Below are positions 1 to 11,934 of a stretch of DNA of 64,000 nt, one piece after another. The notes beneath the pieces are model-generated. The model worked only from the letters and a program-made list of their open reading frames with translations, had not been told where the DNA came from and searched no databases. Within the stretch, counting starts at the first letter, position 1, and every line of letters begins with the position of its first letter. Location: the NCBI GenBank assembly GCA_040954595.2, contig CM082594.2, positions 1,878,247-1,942,246 on the forward strand. The letters are read 5' to 3'. Source of the stretch: Balanoglossus misakiensis. Taxonomy: Eukaryota; Animalia; Hemichordata. Made by a program: the position numbers and the translations under genes.

Positions 1-278
1 GTGAAAATTAACGTTAAAAAAAATTTAATTCTCCCCCCCCCCCTTCCAGAGGTGTTTGTAAATGCAGCCTTATCAGACTGTATGTGTCGTAGTCTGTACC
101 GGTAAGCATGCATGTATATATTGGGGGGGGGGGGGGGGGGTCATGGAAAAAAAACAGGAAATTTACGGGGGGGCCACAGATTTCCTCCACAATTTACAAG
201 GGGGGGCCATGGAAAAAAATCACCAGGAAAATAAGAAATCCTCCAGCCCCACCCTGGAAGTAAATTCTGGACAGTCCC
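1..278. mobile_element. Right part of a Harbinger-like MITE (left end outside window)
   Basis: Ends ...AAATTCTGGACAGTCCC followed by TAA. The G/C runs and the terminus resemble the complete MITE at 35743-36014. Confidence 0.45.
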
Positions 279-421
279 TAACTATCGTAAAGATTAGGCC
301 CATTGGTATCATATATACAGCTCATTTCAATAGACAGTGATTTTAATATTCAGCGGTGTCTGTCGTTAGTCTTCTGAATGAAAACAGTATATATTTCTGG
401 GCTTTAAGAGGTTGCATCAAA

Positions 422-630
422 GAGACCGCCAAGCTATGGTCACGTGGGTAGCCGTGGAAAGTACGCCGGGGGAAGTACACTGGTGTTGAACAAGTAGAAC
501 TGATGTTGGTGGTTAGGCCATCCCGTCATTCCTTGTCTCCACTAAAAACGCTGGCGTAGGAGTACACGGTGAAGTTTTACTGTGAAACGCCCGGCACGGT
601 AAAGAGACCCCAGAACCGCTTGGAAGACTC
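422..630 (+). ncRNA. Unidentified structured RNA-like element, copy 1
   Basis: Shared blocks GCYATGGYCRCGTGGGTAGC and GTGAAGTTTTACTGTGAAAYGCCCGGCACRGWAAAGARACCCCAGARCCGCT. Stems CCAAGC/GCTTGG, CCGTG/CACGG and TACGCCGG/CTGGCGTA. Confidence 0.5.
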
Positions 631-993
631 AACAAAATTTGCTACATTTTAAAAAACAATGTGATTCGGCACCGGCATACAACTTTATGTCCTTTAAAAC
701 CGTGTTTTGAATTGAGCTGCATATGTGAATAAATGTAAATAATAAACTCCAACATATATTTTCTATTCTAAGTTTGGCAAAATAATTTTCTATGTTACCG
801 TGAACGGTAGACTTCACACACAGTCACTGTGGGGGGGGGGGGGGGGGTTGAGGGGGGTAACACATAGCAGATGAAGTTGACAATTTCCCAATCGAAAAAT
901 GCCACGGGAATGGTACAAGGTAATCTTATCTGTCATTGTCTTGACAAATTCTTGCAGCTAGACATTTCCAGGTAAAAGTGATCATAATATATA

Positions 994-1233
994 AGCCCTT
1001 GTACGCTATGGTCACGTGGGTAGCTGTGGAAATTACACCAGTAGTGAACAGGTCGAGGCAGGGGTCAGGTGGTTGAGTGAAAGGGGAGAGAACGAGCCGA
1101 CCCATCGCCGTTTGTAGACCTTGTTCAGGGTCAAATCTTGTACCCACCCCTCCGCTGGTGTATGAATACATAGTGAAGTTTTACTGTGAAATGCCCGGCA
1201 CGGAAAAGAGACCCCAGAACCGCTTACAGGGCT
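994..1233 (+). ncRNA. Unidentified structured RNA-like element, copy 2
   Basis: Same conserved blocks. Stems AGCCCT/AGGGCT, CTGTG/CATAG and TACACCAG/CTGGTGTA are compensatory relative to copy 1. Confidence 0.5.
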
Positions 1234-1938
1234 CCGTAAAAAAACTGTTGTCGTTGTTTCTTTCTCTAAAATATTAGACTAACGACAGATAAGGTTACTT
1301 TTGCCAACAATTAGAACCATATTTTTCACATCAACTTTGAAAACCATATGCACAAATCTATTAAGCTAGCATATTTTATTGTATTATAGCAGTATCATTC
1401 ATTTTACCAAAGAAGTCGAGCAACTCCCAACGATAATTTGTAAAATTGCATCGGCTTACCGAATGGGGCTCAGCATTCGTAAGGAAACACTTTTGTCAAG
1501 CGAGAAACAAAGTAAACAAACCACTATTCTAAGATTTATAGACATATCAAATTAAACTTTTGTTGTAAATAGTAGGAAGGTGTGCATCACAGGTTCGAAA
1601 TTAAGAAAATTAACCTAAACGTCGAACCAGAAGACAGGAGACATGATATTTGGATGATGACAGTTGGAATGTAAAAGAGATTGAGAAACCCAGTCGTACA
1701 TGTATATGACAACTGCGTCGGTGCTACGGAAACATTCGAGATATTGAGAAAACGATATTGTCTACGGGATCAACGTTGCATATACGTGGACAGCGCAAAC
1801 AGAGATGGAACATTTCAGGTAAGTCCCCTCGCCTGGGGTGTTCTCGGTGAGTACAGTCTTGTTTTTCTTCTGCCTTTGCGCCAAACTTATGTCATTCTTT
1901 TTTGTCTTCATGTTTCCGGGGTAAAGAACTGACATCAA

Positions 1939-2213
1939 AGACTTCTCCAAGCCATGGCCGCGTGGGTAGCTGTTTGTTGTGCACTGATGTAGCCATGTGG
2001 GCAGGTTGAGGAAAAGGTTATGTGCAATGTTGGCACAGAACTCAGTACTCCTTGCTCTGGTAACGGGGCAGGTCGAGGAAAGTCTGTTTCATCTTGACAC
2101 TGATCTATGTACTCCTTGTTCAGGGTTATACGTCGGTGTATCGGTTCTCAGTGAAGTTTTACTGTGAAATGCCCGGCACAGTAAAGAAACCCCAGAGCCG
2201 CTAGGAGGAGTCT
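1939..2213 (+). ncRNA. Unidentified structured RNA-like element, copy 3
   Basis: Same conserved blocks. Stems AGACTTCTCC/GGAGGAGTCT, TGCACTGATGTA/TACGTCGGTGTA and GGC/GCC (GGT/ACC in the other copies). Confidence 0.5.
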
Positions 2214-2842
2214 CCAAATTGTCTTGTAGTTTGTTTTGGGGCGACCGTTTTGTAAATCATCCAATGGCTTATCACAACACTGGTAAGCCTCGCCATTTTG
2301 AATCATTACATGTCCATCAAATTGGGTTCAAATGTGATGAGCCGTTCTTTGAATATCGATGACACAGAAATAGGCATGTACAGAAGGGCAGACATACGGA
2401 ACAATTCGTGTAGGTAACCACGGGAGCTAAATATGGGTCCTTTGGAAACATAAAAGAATGACAGAACGGCTATGTGTACATAATGTAGTATGTAATGAAA
2501 ACATGTGCGACACATGGAAACTGGAAGAAGACTTCCGAACAAAATTGTGAACATTATCTCAAGTGGACAACATCGGCGCCTGGCATGTTTTCAGTAAGTA
2601 CAGCCTCGGTGAGTACAGTCTCTGCCTTTGAGCAAAATATGATCTGTTGATTTCTTTGTCATTCTTTTTTGTCTTCACGACATCACAGTTTCCGGGCTGT
2701 AAAAAAAACGCGTCGCCGTTCCCTACATCTGATTTTAATCAAGCTTACTACTAAATATACATGTATGTCGCCTAACTTGGCAGGGTTATAATGAAGACAT
2801 GATTGTAAACCTAGCCTAAGATATACAACAAATCCCTTCCAG

Positions 2843-3116
2843 CCACTATACCGGCGCCGATATACACCGGGCCCTCATCGACTCGGCGTGTATGTTATGG
2901 GGACGGACGGCGTGCGATGAACAAGGGAACTGTCTGCTCTACGATCTGCCAGACTACAGGGCTAAACTATTCGGTGCATTCGCCGGACTCCTGCTATTGT
3001 CAGTAGCGTGGTTTGCCGTCATGTCGCTATCGCTTCACAAGCGACTCGACCGCACCTCGCAACCGGAGACACCTACATGTATAGGCCTAAGAAGTAGTGG
3101 AGTAAACCGAGCGTAA
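2843..3116 (+). CDS. Terminal exon of an organic anion transporting polypeptide (SLCO/OATP family), with an apparent 1-bp frameshift
   Basis: Acceptor CCCTTCCAG, then IPAPIYTG / ALIDSACMLWGRTACDEQGNCLLYD and a TM helix, matching the OATP C-terminal signature. The two motif halves are in different frames at the G run 2869-2871. Confidence 0.8.
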
Positions 3117-6100
3117 ATTGGTAAAGTTCGACGGACGAGAAACCCGATTAACAGTAATCTGGGGACTGTGAACACTGTTTATGTCGTGAAACTGTGTGTG
3201 CAAACCTTTCATCACCCGCGTTATTACAAGAATACAGTAGTTAGAGTTTTAATCTGCAAATCGGTGTTTTAGGTGTAAATTACAGACTAGTTAAGGCATA
3301 ATTCATTGTGTGTGAGTGAGTGAGTGAGTTCTTTTCTGTACAATACTCTGGTTCTCAAACTCCTATTTTTGGCATTCTCGCCCCACCAGACTACGGATTT
3401 CTTTCGTTTCACTATCGAAATCACGTACTCTGGTTAAAATGGAGTACCGCGCTGGTATTTGAACATATTGGTAATGCATATTCATGAGATGACATCATTA
3501 TAATCTGGCCAATCAAAGCCCGTCTCTCAAGGAGAGCTGGGACAAGAGCACTTCCGCTCAAAACAAAAATGGCTGCCCACATCTCCAATGTGGGTTCTTC
3601 AGGGGGTTACGGCAACTGTCGTGTATGTTCTTCGCTCTCACTCAGACTCAGAGCACTGCCACTAGAAGCCGCCATGTTGTTTAGAATGAGATGTAATGAG
3701 ATGCGTGAATGGGATGTAACAAGCAATCTGATTGGTTGTTGGATGTACTATGAAAGCGCCTAGACCAAATACTAAATACATGGCCGTATTATACCACGGC
3801 CTTTTTGCGGGGAGCAGAGCGCTGCCGTAAAAGGGCCGTGGTTTGCGACGATGATTTTGGGCAATTCTAAACTCATGTCACAGTTGGCTAGGGTATTTCC
3901 CACCATCTTGTGACAGTAAATAAAGTGTGATTTTCAACGTCAAACACTAAATACGACCAAACAATTTATTAAAGCTTAACACACAGTTCGAGTTGTTTAG
4001 AAAATTGCCCTATCTATTTAAGGGAATTGTGGTTGCACTTTATTAATTTTGACAACTCAATGCTGCATTTGTTGAGAGGAGATGGGCATGGTCTCGGTAA
4101 ATAGCGCCCCCTAGCTCTGAATGTGCACATCTTTCTTTTACACACTTCTTCATATAAATTCGTCCAATACACTTTACTGCCAATACCACACACTGTACAT
4201 GTATGTTGAGTCATCGCCGAAGTGTAGACATAGATTTACAATTTTCTATATCGAAATATAATTGACAAAGTAAAAAATTTACTGCATTCAATGGCAAAAA
4301 TGTGTGCCAGTGATAAAACGCTCACTTTTTTCATAGTACATATGGCTATAGAATGGTGTCGACGACCACGTCTTTCCCACTTGATATCATCAATGACTAA
4401 ATATTAATTCATTGTGACTTTACCTGTATATTGGGAGTATATGTTAAATTCAAATTGTGCAATACTCCTGTGGTTGTAATGGTTCCACTTCGCCAACATC
4501 AACCGTTTTAAACTTTTTGCGAGTCTGTCGCCAACCACATACACCACTGTCGTCTGCACATGACCTGATCACATTGTAGTTCCGGTTCGTGTACAACACA
4601 TCCACAATTCACACAATTGGATAAAATTTGCTCGTTCTAAGGGGTACGAATATCATTCTCCAATCAGAACTAGTGTCAGATAACAGTTGTCTGTGTGCGC
4701 ATTAACACAGTGTGTGGGGTCGATTTGATCCCACACTCTCTATCCCACACTCCCGAATCCCATTGTGTGTAATTCAACTCAGTTAACAACCAGTCTTATC
4801 TTTGTTTACACATTTGTTCCGCCTGGAATTAACGTGCACGTTACCTCGTTAGTCATTTCGGGGATTGCCGGACATTCTTGACATGTGAACCATAATTAAC
4901 CATGGGGTCATTATTCACAGGCCAATGGTTTTATTTTCTCTGCTCATTGAGAATTCTTTCATATGGAAATTTGTCATGGTTACTTTAGAATTTCTCGATT
5001 ATCTCGCGAGGCCAACTAAAATAATTTTACGATCAGATAAAATGGAGAAACGCATTATTTCATTTACGCGAGATTCGATGCTCGCTCTGTATGTTTGAAC
5101 AGCCTGAAATCGTACCCCACACAGACGTGATACGTGAAAATCAATATTTCTTACCATTGAAGTTAAAATAGCAATATTTTATGGATTTCCGAGTAGTCGG
5201 TGTCACTCTCATGTGTATTATAGTCACTTCATATTAGCTAATAGGCCTATATTGAGGTAGTCCCATCAAAGAGACAAAGTCACGAAGTCCCTTGTGACCT
5301 TCTTTGGTCAATTTGGTTTATACGAAAAGTTGTCCATGGTGATGGCCAACTGCAAACAAAGTCCACTCTATTGTAGACACACTAGGCGAAACATTCGGTG
5401 AAAGATATAGAGGTAGGCACTTCTAAATCAAGCCAATTATTGTAATAAGAACTCTAATGGCAGAGGATAAAAGCCTTTTTTTTTAACTCTGTGGCAAAGT
5501 TTATTTCCTTGGGATACCAAGTTGTTTCAGAAGAAAATTTGTTTAGAGCTGACTAACAACATTATTTTCTATTGCAATACAGAAAAAGCGGTAATTATTT
5601 AAACTCCTTTTAATGTACAAATTGTCATCATTTCGTACACTGAGAGACTTTATGCAAGTATTCCACGTATTCTTGCACGTATTCTTGATAACACAGAAAG
5701 GTCCACTGGACCGACTTTTTCTTTTTCATGGTGACTGATTACAATCAGGCCTAAGACATAACCCATCTGGTAGAAATCGTATCAGTCACAATTTCATTTT
5801 TGTCTGCCTGTACACTCTACATACATGTCTCGTTCAACCAGATATATTATCCACAAACAAGTAAAGTACATATAACTCATGAATTCCCAACATCTGACCT
5901 TTGTCGTGCTGAGAATCCTCCGCCCCCATGTTTACTTGGTGCAAAATGTATGGCTCTAGCAGCCCTCTAATGAAATGTACCTGTCATTATTTTTTCGAAT
6001 AAATTGTGTACACACAATAAAACACAATAAATTCTACCTTTGCTGAGAAACCTCCGTACCAGTGTATTTAATTTGTGTGAAATGTTTAGCTCCAGCAGAC

Positions 6101-6900
6101 TTCTAAACTGTCTCCTTTCATTATAGTTCAAATAATCAGTTTGTACAAGCATGAAACCCAACATAAGTCTACCTTCGCCATGCTGAGAAACATCCGTGTT
6201 AAAGTAGTTAATTTGTTTGAAATATATGACTCCAGCAGCCTTTAATTAGTGTAATTGATGTACCATTCATATTTTCTTCGAAATAATTTTGTGACAAGCC
6301 CTTCTAGTTAACATTAGGAAGTTTCATTTCGCCAGTCAACAGGTTGTGCCAACGCATACATCCACTCAGTGGTAAGTACAACATTTCACTCATTCATATA
6401 TGTAAGAGCGTGCGCCATATATTCCAGATCTGTCTAATGTGAACACAACGCCAGGTGAAACAATATGCGTGATGTTATATCGGCACTGAACTAGAGTCGC
6501 CCTTTAGACGAAACGCAGAGAGCTTATTATCACCAATTTTTCGGCAGTAAATTGCATCATTGGACAAAATTTCACTCGGGAGCATTACTGGTCATGTGTC
6601 AGTCTACACGTGAGGTTGATATAGACAGCATTATTCCGAAACTTCGAAGGTTTTTACCGATACTTCTCCGAAGACGCTAATTCAGAAAGGTGGAAAATTG
6701 CTGCATTTTATCGGAATGAAATACTTGTTTCTAAATTGTGTTACTGTATTTTTTCCAACGACAGAATACAAAACGCATATATGATCTAAACATGATCTCA
6801 ATCTCCGAAAACCATTATGCTCGCCTACATGTTTCCCATGTTATCAAACCAATTTAGGTGAAGTCACGTGGTTGTTTTTTCTCTCCAGATATATTGTAAA

Positions 6901-9032
6901 ATGGAGTTTACGTGTGTATGGGTGACATTCATACTGTTACTGGTATTACCTGCTAATGTGTTACTTACAGACGAACATGTGGAAACCGATCACAAACAAG
7001 GCAAGTATTAATTTCTGCACACTGATAATGATACGGGCCTTTCGGACCGAGCTTGTGTGTCGGAGTGCCTATATATCCATTGAGATGGCGCGATTCTGAT
7101 GTTACAGTTAGCATGAAAAGACGTCGTTGCTAACTCCTTGTATTGTGCCGTTCAATCTAAAACTGTGGTACCATGAAGCTAGGGTCCTTTATGTAAGCGC
7201 CATTTCATCATTGCGGTTCATTATTTTTGATCATACTAGTAAGCTTATGCCTTCTGGAATATCAAATACTTGTTAAAATAATATAGGTTTGGGAGATAAA
7301 GATGCACAATAATATCGAAAATTTATCGCTGTTCAGAAAATAGTGATTCGCATCCCGTTGTGTACCGATGTACATAATGACGTCAGTTTTGACCCATAGA
7401 ACTAATATACGCTTAGCAAATAATATGCCAGCACTTATTCATGTGTTATACGGAGCTCTACTTTCGCCATATGTCACATCAAATTTCATCAATAATTATT
7501 TTAGAATCATCAGACTCCTCTTATCTTAGACGTACACGTTCTGGATTTGATCGATTATCTAAGCGTCAATAATGATTCAAAGATTATGCGTGTATTTTAG
7601 AGCGTCGGCCACGGTTGGATTGCTATGATATTTATCGGCGGAACAAAGAAACTCCAAGTGGCGTGTACACTGTGCAACCCATGGACGACGGAACCACATT
7701 CAAAGTCTATTATATGGAGACAGATAACGGAGGTTGGACGGTATGTGTATATTAGAATAATTAGCGAAGCAGGGCTAGTATTATTCCTTAAAATAAAAGC
7801 GCTGCTTCGAAAGAAAACTGTTAATGTATTCAAACGTGTAAAACTATAGTTCCGGAATACACGATTGTGATAGATTGCCTGATACAATTGTTTTCTCACC
7901 GGCTGAAAGCCGATCACTTTTGGTATTTTTTATATTTTTGCAATTTAGCTACTTCCGATTTCATGGTGTCCAATTGAAAGTAATTCCCGTGGAAGGTACA
8001 CCTTAATTGGTCTCAGTCTGGCGTTGATGGTTTTCACGACCATTCTTAGCATTTTAGTACAAGGTATTTCAAAGGAGACGCGATGGTAGCTTAGATTTCT
8101 ACCGTTACTGGAGTGACTACAAAAACGGATTCGGGTTTCCTGCTGCCGAGTTCTGGCTGGGAAATGATAATCTGCATCGATTGACAAATCAACGGACTTA
8201 CGAACTCAGAATCGACATGGAAGACTTTGACAACGAAACCAGATACGCAAAATATGATAGATTCGTCATTGGTGATGAATTCAGTAAATATAAACTGACT
8301 CTTGGAGAATATACCGGAAACGCAGGTAGGAAGACATTAGTTTTGCCATGCAAACATGTCTCGCCACATTCCTGTACTGTTGTACTGTACACGTTTGTCA
8401 ATAAGGATGTTCTTGCAGACATCAAAATTAGCATATACATCTTTGTTATTTATGAAATGCACATAAACACCAACGTTCATCCGGTACAATTAAGCAAAAG
8501 TTGTTTTTTTTAATGTTTACAGCTGTTTGAATTATAAACATTGTGGTTATGCATGTATTCGCAACAATAACATCGGCCGTTAAATACCTACGGCTATAGT
8601 TATGTTGACAAGCAGTGTAGGTACATATACCGGATATATATAAGCAGGCTGTTTGATGTAGAACAAGAAATTACATTTGGTACACAGAACGAAAGTACTG
8701 AAAATATAGCCAAAAAATAATGTCCCTTTAATAAAACAATGAATAGAGTATGTTATTCCTCTTGTGTGTTTTCTACAGGGGATAGTCTCGGCGGACACGC
8801 AACCAAGTATTTCTCAACCAGGGATAGGGTCAATGATGAGTATGCGTCAGGGAGCTGTGCTCGGTTGTACAATGGGGCATGGTGGTATACTGAATGTCAT
8901 AGTTCCAATTTGAATGGTCTGTACCTCGGCGGACAGACGGATCAGTACGCCAAAGGGGTAACTTGGAATGCATGGAAAACGTATTACTACTCTTTGAAGA
9001 ATACCGAGATGAAAATAAGACCTGTTGTGTAA
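6901..9032 (+). CDS. Secreted fibrinogen-related domain (FReD; ficolin/tachylectin/MFAP4-like) protein, 4 exons: 6901-7000, 7601-7740, 8064-8325, 8779-9032 (~251 aa)
   Basis: Signal peptide MEFTCVWVTFILLLVLPA; motifs DCYDIY..SGVYTV, METDNGGWT|VFQRRRDGSLDF, EFWLGNDNLH, YELRIDMEDF, GAWWYTECHSSNLNG and EMKIRP. Exon phases are consistent. Confidence 0.88.
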
Positions 9033-10239
9033 CAGATAAATTTAGGTGAAAATGTCACAACTCACAGGTAGAATATGTTAACTTTACTTTTTGTTGAAAG
9101 AAGGCACATGTTAATTTTGAAATGATCAAGAGAAATGTGCTTCAACGTGTAGAAAACCCAACAGATGTTAAATAAAGTTAAACGATTGAAATAGCAGAAA
9201 TAATTGCAAGTGTTTTATTTTCAACCCTAGACACATTGGAGAGAAAAAAAATGTACTTCCAAATCTCACGACACAAGTGATCGAAACAAGTATGAAACGT
9301 ACTCTGACATTCAACCTCCCTCTAAAATAGTGAATAGCAGTGGTGTGTTCAAGGTGTTTAAAAAACAACAACAGGCAGTTCTGGTGTAACCAGAACTCGG
9401 TCACAGGGTTCTGCCAAGCCAAAACAAATTGGTGGTCGCTCATGAATATTAATGAGATTATTAATATTCATGAGCTGGTCACACCTTTTCCACTGTGACG
9501 GACCAGCATCAAGAATACCAATCCAAATCATAAAGTGATTTTGATTACATCCAAGATCTTTTAAATCTGCTTCATTTGTAAAGTTTTGCTGAAAATATTT
9601 TAAAATCCCTTGTTTGTATAAAATTTATTTACCATCGCAAGAAAGGCAGATCGGATATGAGCCAAATTTGACGGACAGTTCCTGGTTTGTCACTGCAAGG
9701 ACTGAGTAGGTTTTGGCGAGTGTTAATGAATTGGGGCAACATGATACAGACTATGCAGGATGTCTTGAAACTATTTTTTTTTACTTTATGATAGTAACTT
9801 ATCATGAGGTATCAGTTTCACTGTTGACACTGGCAGACATCTTGTAACCGTTTTCGTCATTTTGTTTTAGTCTGTAAAACATTGTCCCTACTCATTAAAT
9901 GTATACGGTCACCTTTGAAAATGGAGCTGTAGTTCCCATAGCAAACTGAGATCGAGTCAATCACAGATTTTCAGTGGGTGCATGGTACAAGTGATAAAAA
10001 GAGGCCACCATATGTTCTTCAGAACACTCAGCTACATATATACGCCATTTTTGTCATTTGCCGTGAATTGGAGGTGACTGTATACCTTTAATGTTTACAC
10101 GTAACGGGTACGTAATCTAGTAAATGAACCAATGTACGCCAAATTATTTAAAGACACTGAGAATGTAAAATATGGTTGAGAATGGAATGGCGCCATGGAA
10201 TGGATCTTGCATTCTTCAGTGTTCAAAAACCCCAACACT

Positions 10240-10842
10240 TTACTCACAACAAACGCGTTCAAATCTCCAACATGCATCGCCCATTACATCGATCAAATCC
10301 GTATTCCAAGCGAAGACGTCGCCGTTGAGGGCACCATTACAGTCACGTTTGACTTCGGCAACTTCGTCGGCACTCAGAACTCTGGACAACATGTTGAATT
10401 CCGTCAGACTGCCGAGAAAAGCTTGGTTTTTATCGAAAGACCCTCCAAAAGTGTCTTGGTCTTGTCCAAAAACTATAAGGCCCCCACCAGAAACCTTGTC
10501 GCCCCTCCTGAAACGCGCACCACTGCTAACCATGACACCGTTGCGGTAGTATTGCCATTTCCCCTCTGCAGAAGACCACGTGACGCACAGGTGTTGCCAT
10601 GAACTACCGATCCCTCCGCCCGCTGACGTTTTTTTCCGATATTCTTTGATGTCAAAATTTTGTTTGCTGTCCATACAGAATTCGTCAGGCGTGCCGGTTT
10701 CTGCACTGTACGACACCAAAGTAAGTCCTTTTACGTGTGACCTTTCACTTGTACTTTTTGCCCAGATGCAGGACGTCAAATCAGTGAGTTCGGGAACAGA
10801 GGCATTGGCCACTATCCTGTTATACTTGCTCTCCAATGCAAG
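10240..10842 (-). CDS. Pentraxin-domain exon or gene fragment
   Basis: LTSCIW, WQHLCVTW (HxCxTW signature), LIVFGQDQD..GGSFD..QAFLGSL.EFNM. No ATG; there is a candidate acceptor TAACAG and a donor GTGAGT. Confidence 0.8.
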   Translation of the reverse strand, partial: LALESKYNRIVANASVPELTDLTSCIWAKSTSERSHVKGLTLVSYSAETGTPDEFCMDSKQNFDIKEYRKKTSAGGGIGSSWQHLCVTWSSAEGKWQYYRNGVMVSSGARFRRGDKVSGGGLIVFGQDQDTFGGSFDKNQAFLGSLTEFNMLSRVLSADEVAEVKRDCNGALNGDVFAWNTDLIDVMGDACWRFERVCCE

Positions 10843-11534
10843 CTGTTACGCCCCTTCATCCTTCGGACGTTTACCTCATCGGCTTCTGTGGGGAATCAGC
10901 CACGTCCGAAGGCTGAGAGTGTAAATTCTCTCCATCTCCTTCTCCACCCAACATATTCATAGAGTCTGAGAGAGGTACCCGGCAGATCGTAAACCTTTCG
11001 TAGACAGAGACTTACAACAAGTTCTCCGAGTAACACAAAGTTCTGGTTTATTACTGGTCACACGTAAGAATTACACGACTCGATCCATACTCGTTGACTC
11101 GTATCACGGATCTCAGGTGATAATCGTGTGATCTCCAATTTCACCACACCTTATTAATACATTAGTCAAGGAACACGTCATCTTAATATTTCTTAAACAT
11201 GAACTTAGCGCGTGATATCTCTATCTCGTTCTGACATGTATCAATTACACAATCTTGTTTACTCTGGGTCAAGTACCTATGTCAATACTGGACTAAAACC
11301 ATACAAGTGAATGAATTCTTACGTAATCATAGAAAAGATCTATGAGCGTTAAAACTCAGTCGTGACAGTGCATCTATTTAGAAATTTAGCTGCGGACAAC
11401 TTGCAAAATCTTCAACTTGATGAAGTTTACGAAGAAGACGAAGTAGACTATTTCAGCATAATTTTAATGATAAAAAACTCCACGCGCTAGTTTCTTTTTC
11501 TATACTTTATTGATTTATTTGACGACATTTTACA

Positions 11535-11795
11535 ATAATCATTTCATGCACAGGTGAATATGGTCAACTAATCAGACCAACTTTCTCACAGAGAATAGAT
11601 TACAATCCAATCATTTCATGTTCCACAGAGTAAAGTCAACCAATCAGATACAAGTTTACAGAAATAACGGATTACAGTCCCAATCATTTAATGTACAGGT
11701 GCGTGAATGTAGTAAACGAATCAAATGAACTCTTACAGACAGAAGAGATTACAATCTGATCCAATCATTTCATACAGGTGAGTATGGTCAACCAC
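11535..11795. repeat. Degenerate ~70-bp minisatellite, ~4 copies
   Basis: Recurrent AATCATTTCAT...CAGGTGARTATGGTCAAC...GATTACAAT. Confidence 0.6.
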
Positions 11796-11934
11796 AAATT
11801 GCAACTAAAATAAAACGAGCTCTGCTAAACACAATGTTTGACCTTAAAGGCTCTTGAGCTGCAAATGGAAAAAAAAAACATTAAGCTTTAAATAGTTCCG
11901 GATATGCTTTTAATTCTGTTTATTAAAGAGAAGA

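Noticed and set aside
422-2213. Identification of the structured repeats as TPP riboswitch, U1 snRNA, hairpin or hammerhead ribozyme, or LSU rRNA fragment
   Set aside because: There are only short motif resemblances. The required elements (TPP P4/P5, U1 5' end and Sm site, CUGANGA core, hairpin loop B) are missing.
5880-6240. Three degenerate ~135-bp local repeats (TGCTGAGAA.CCTCCG)
   Set aside because: An old tandem duplication with no evident structure or coding signal.
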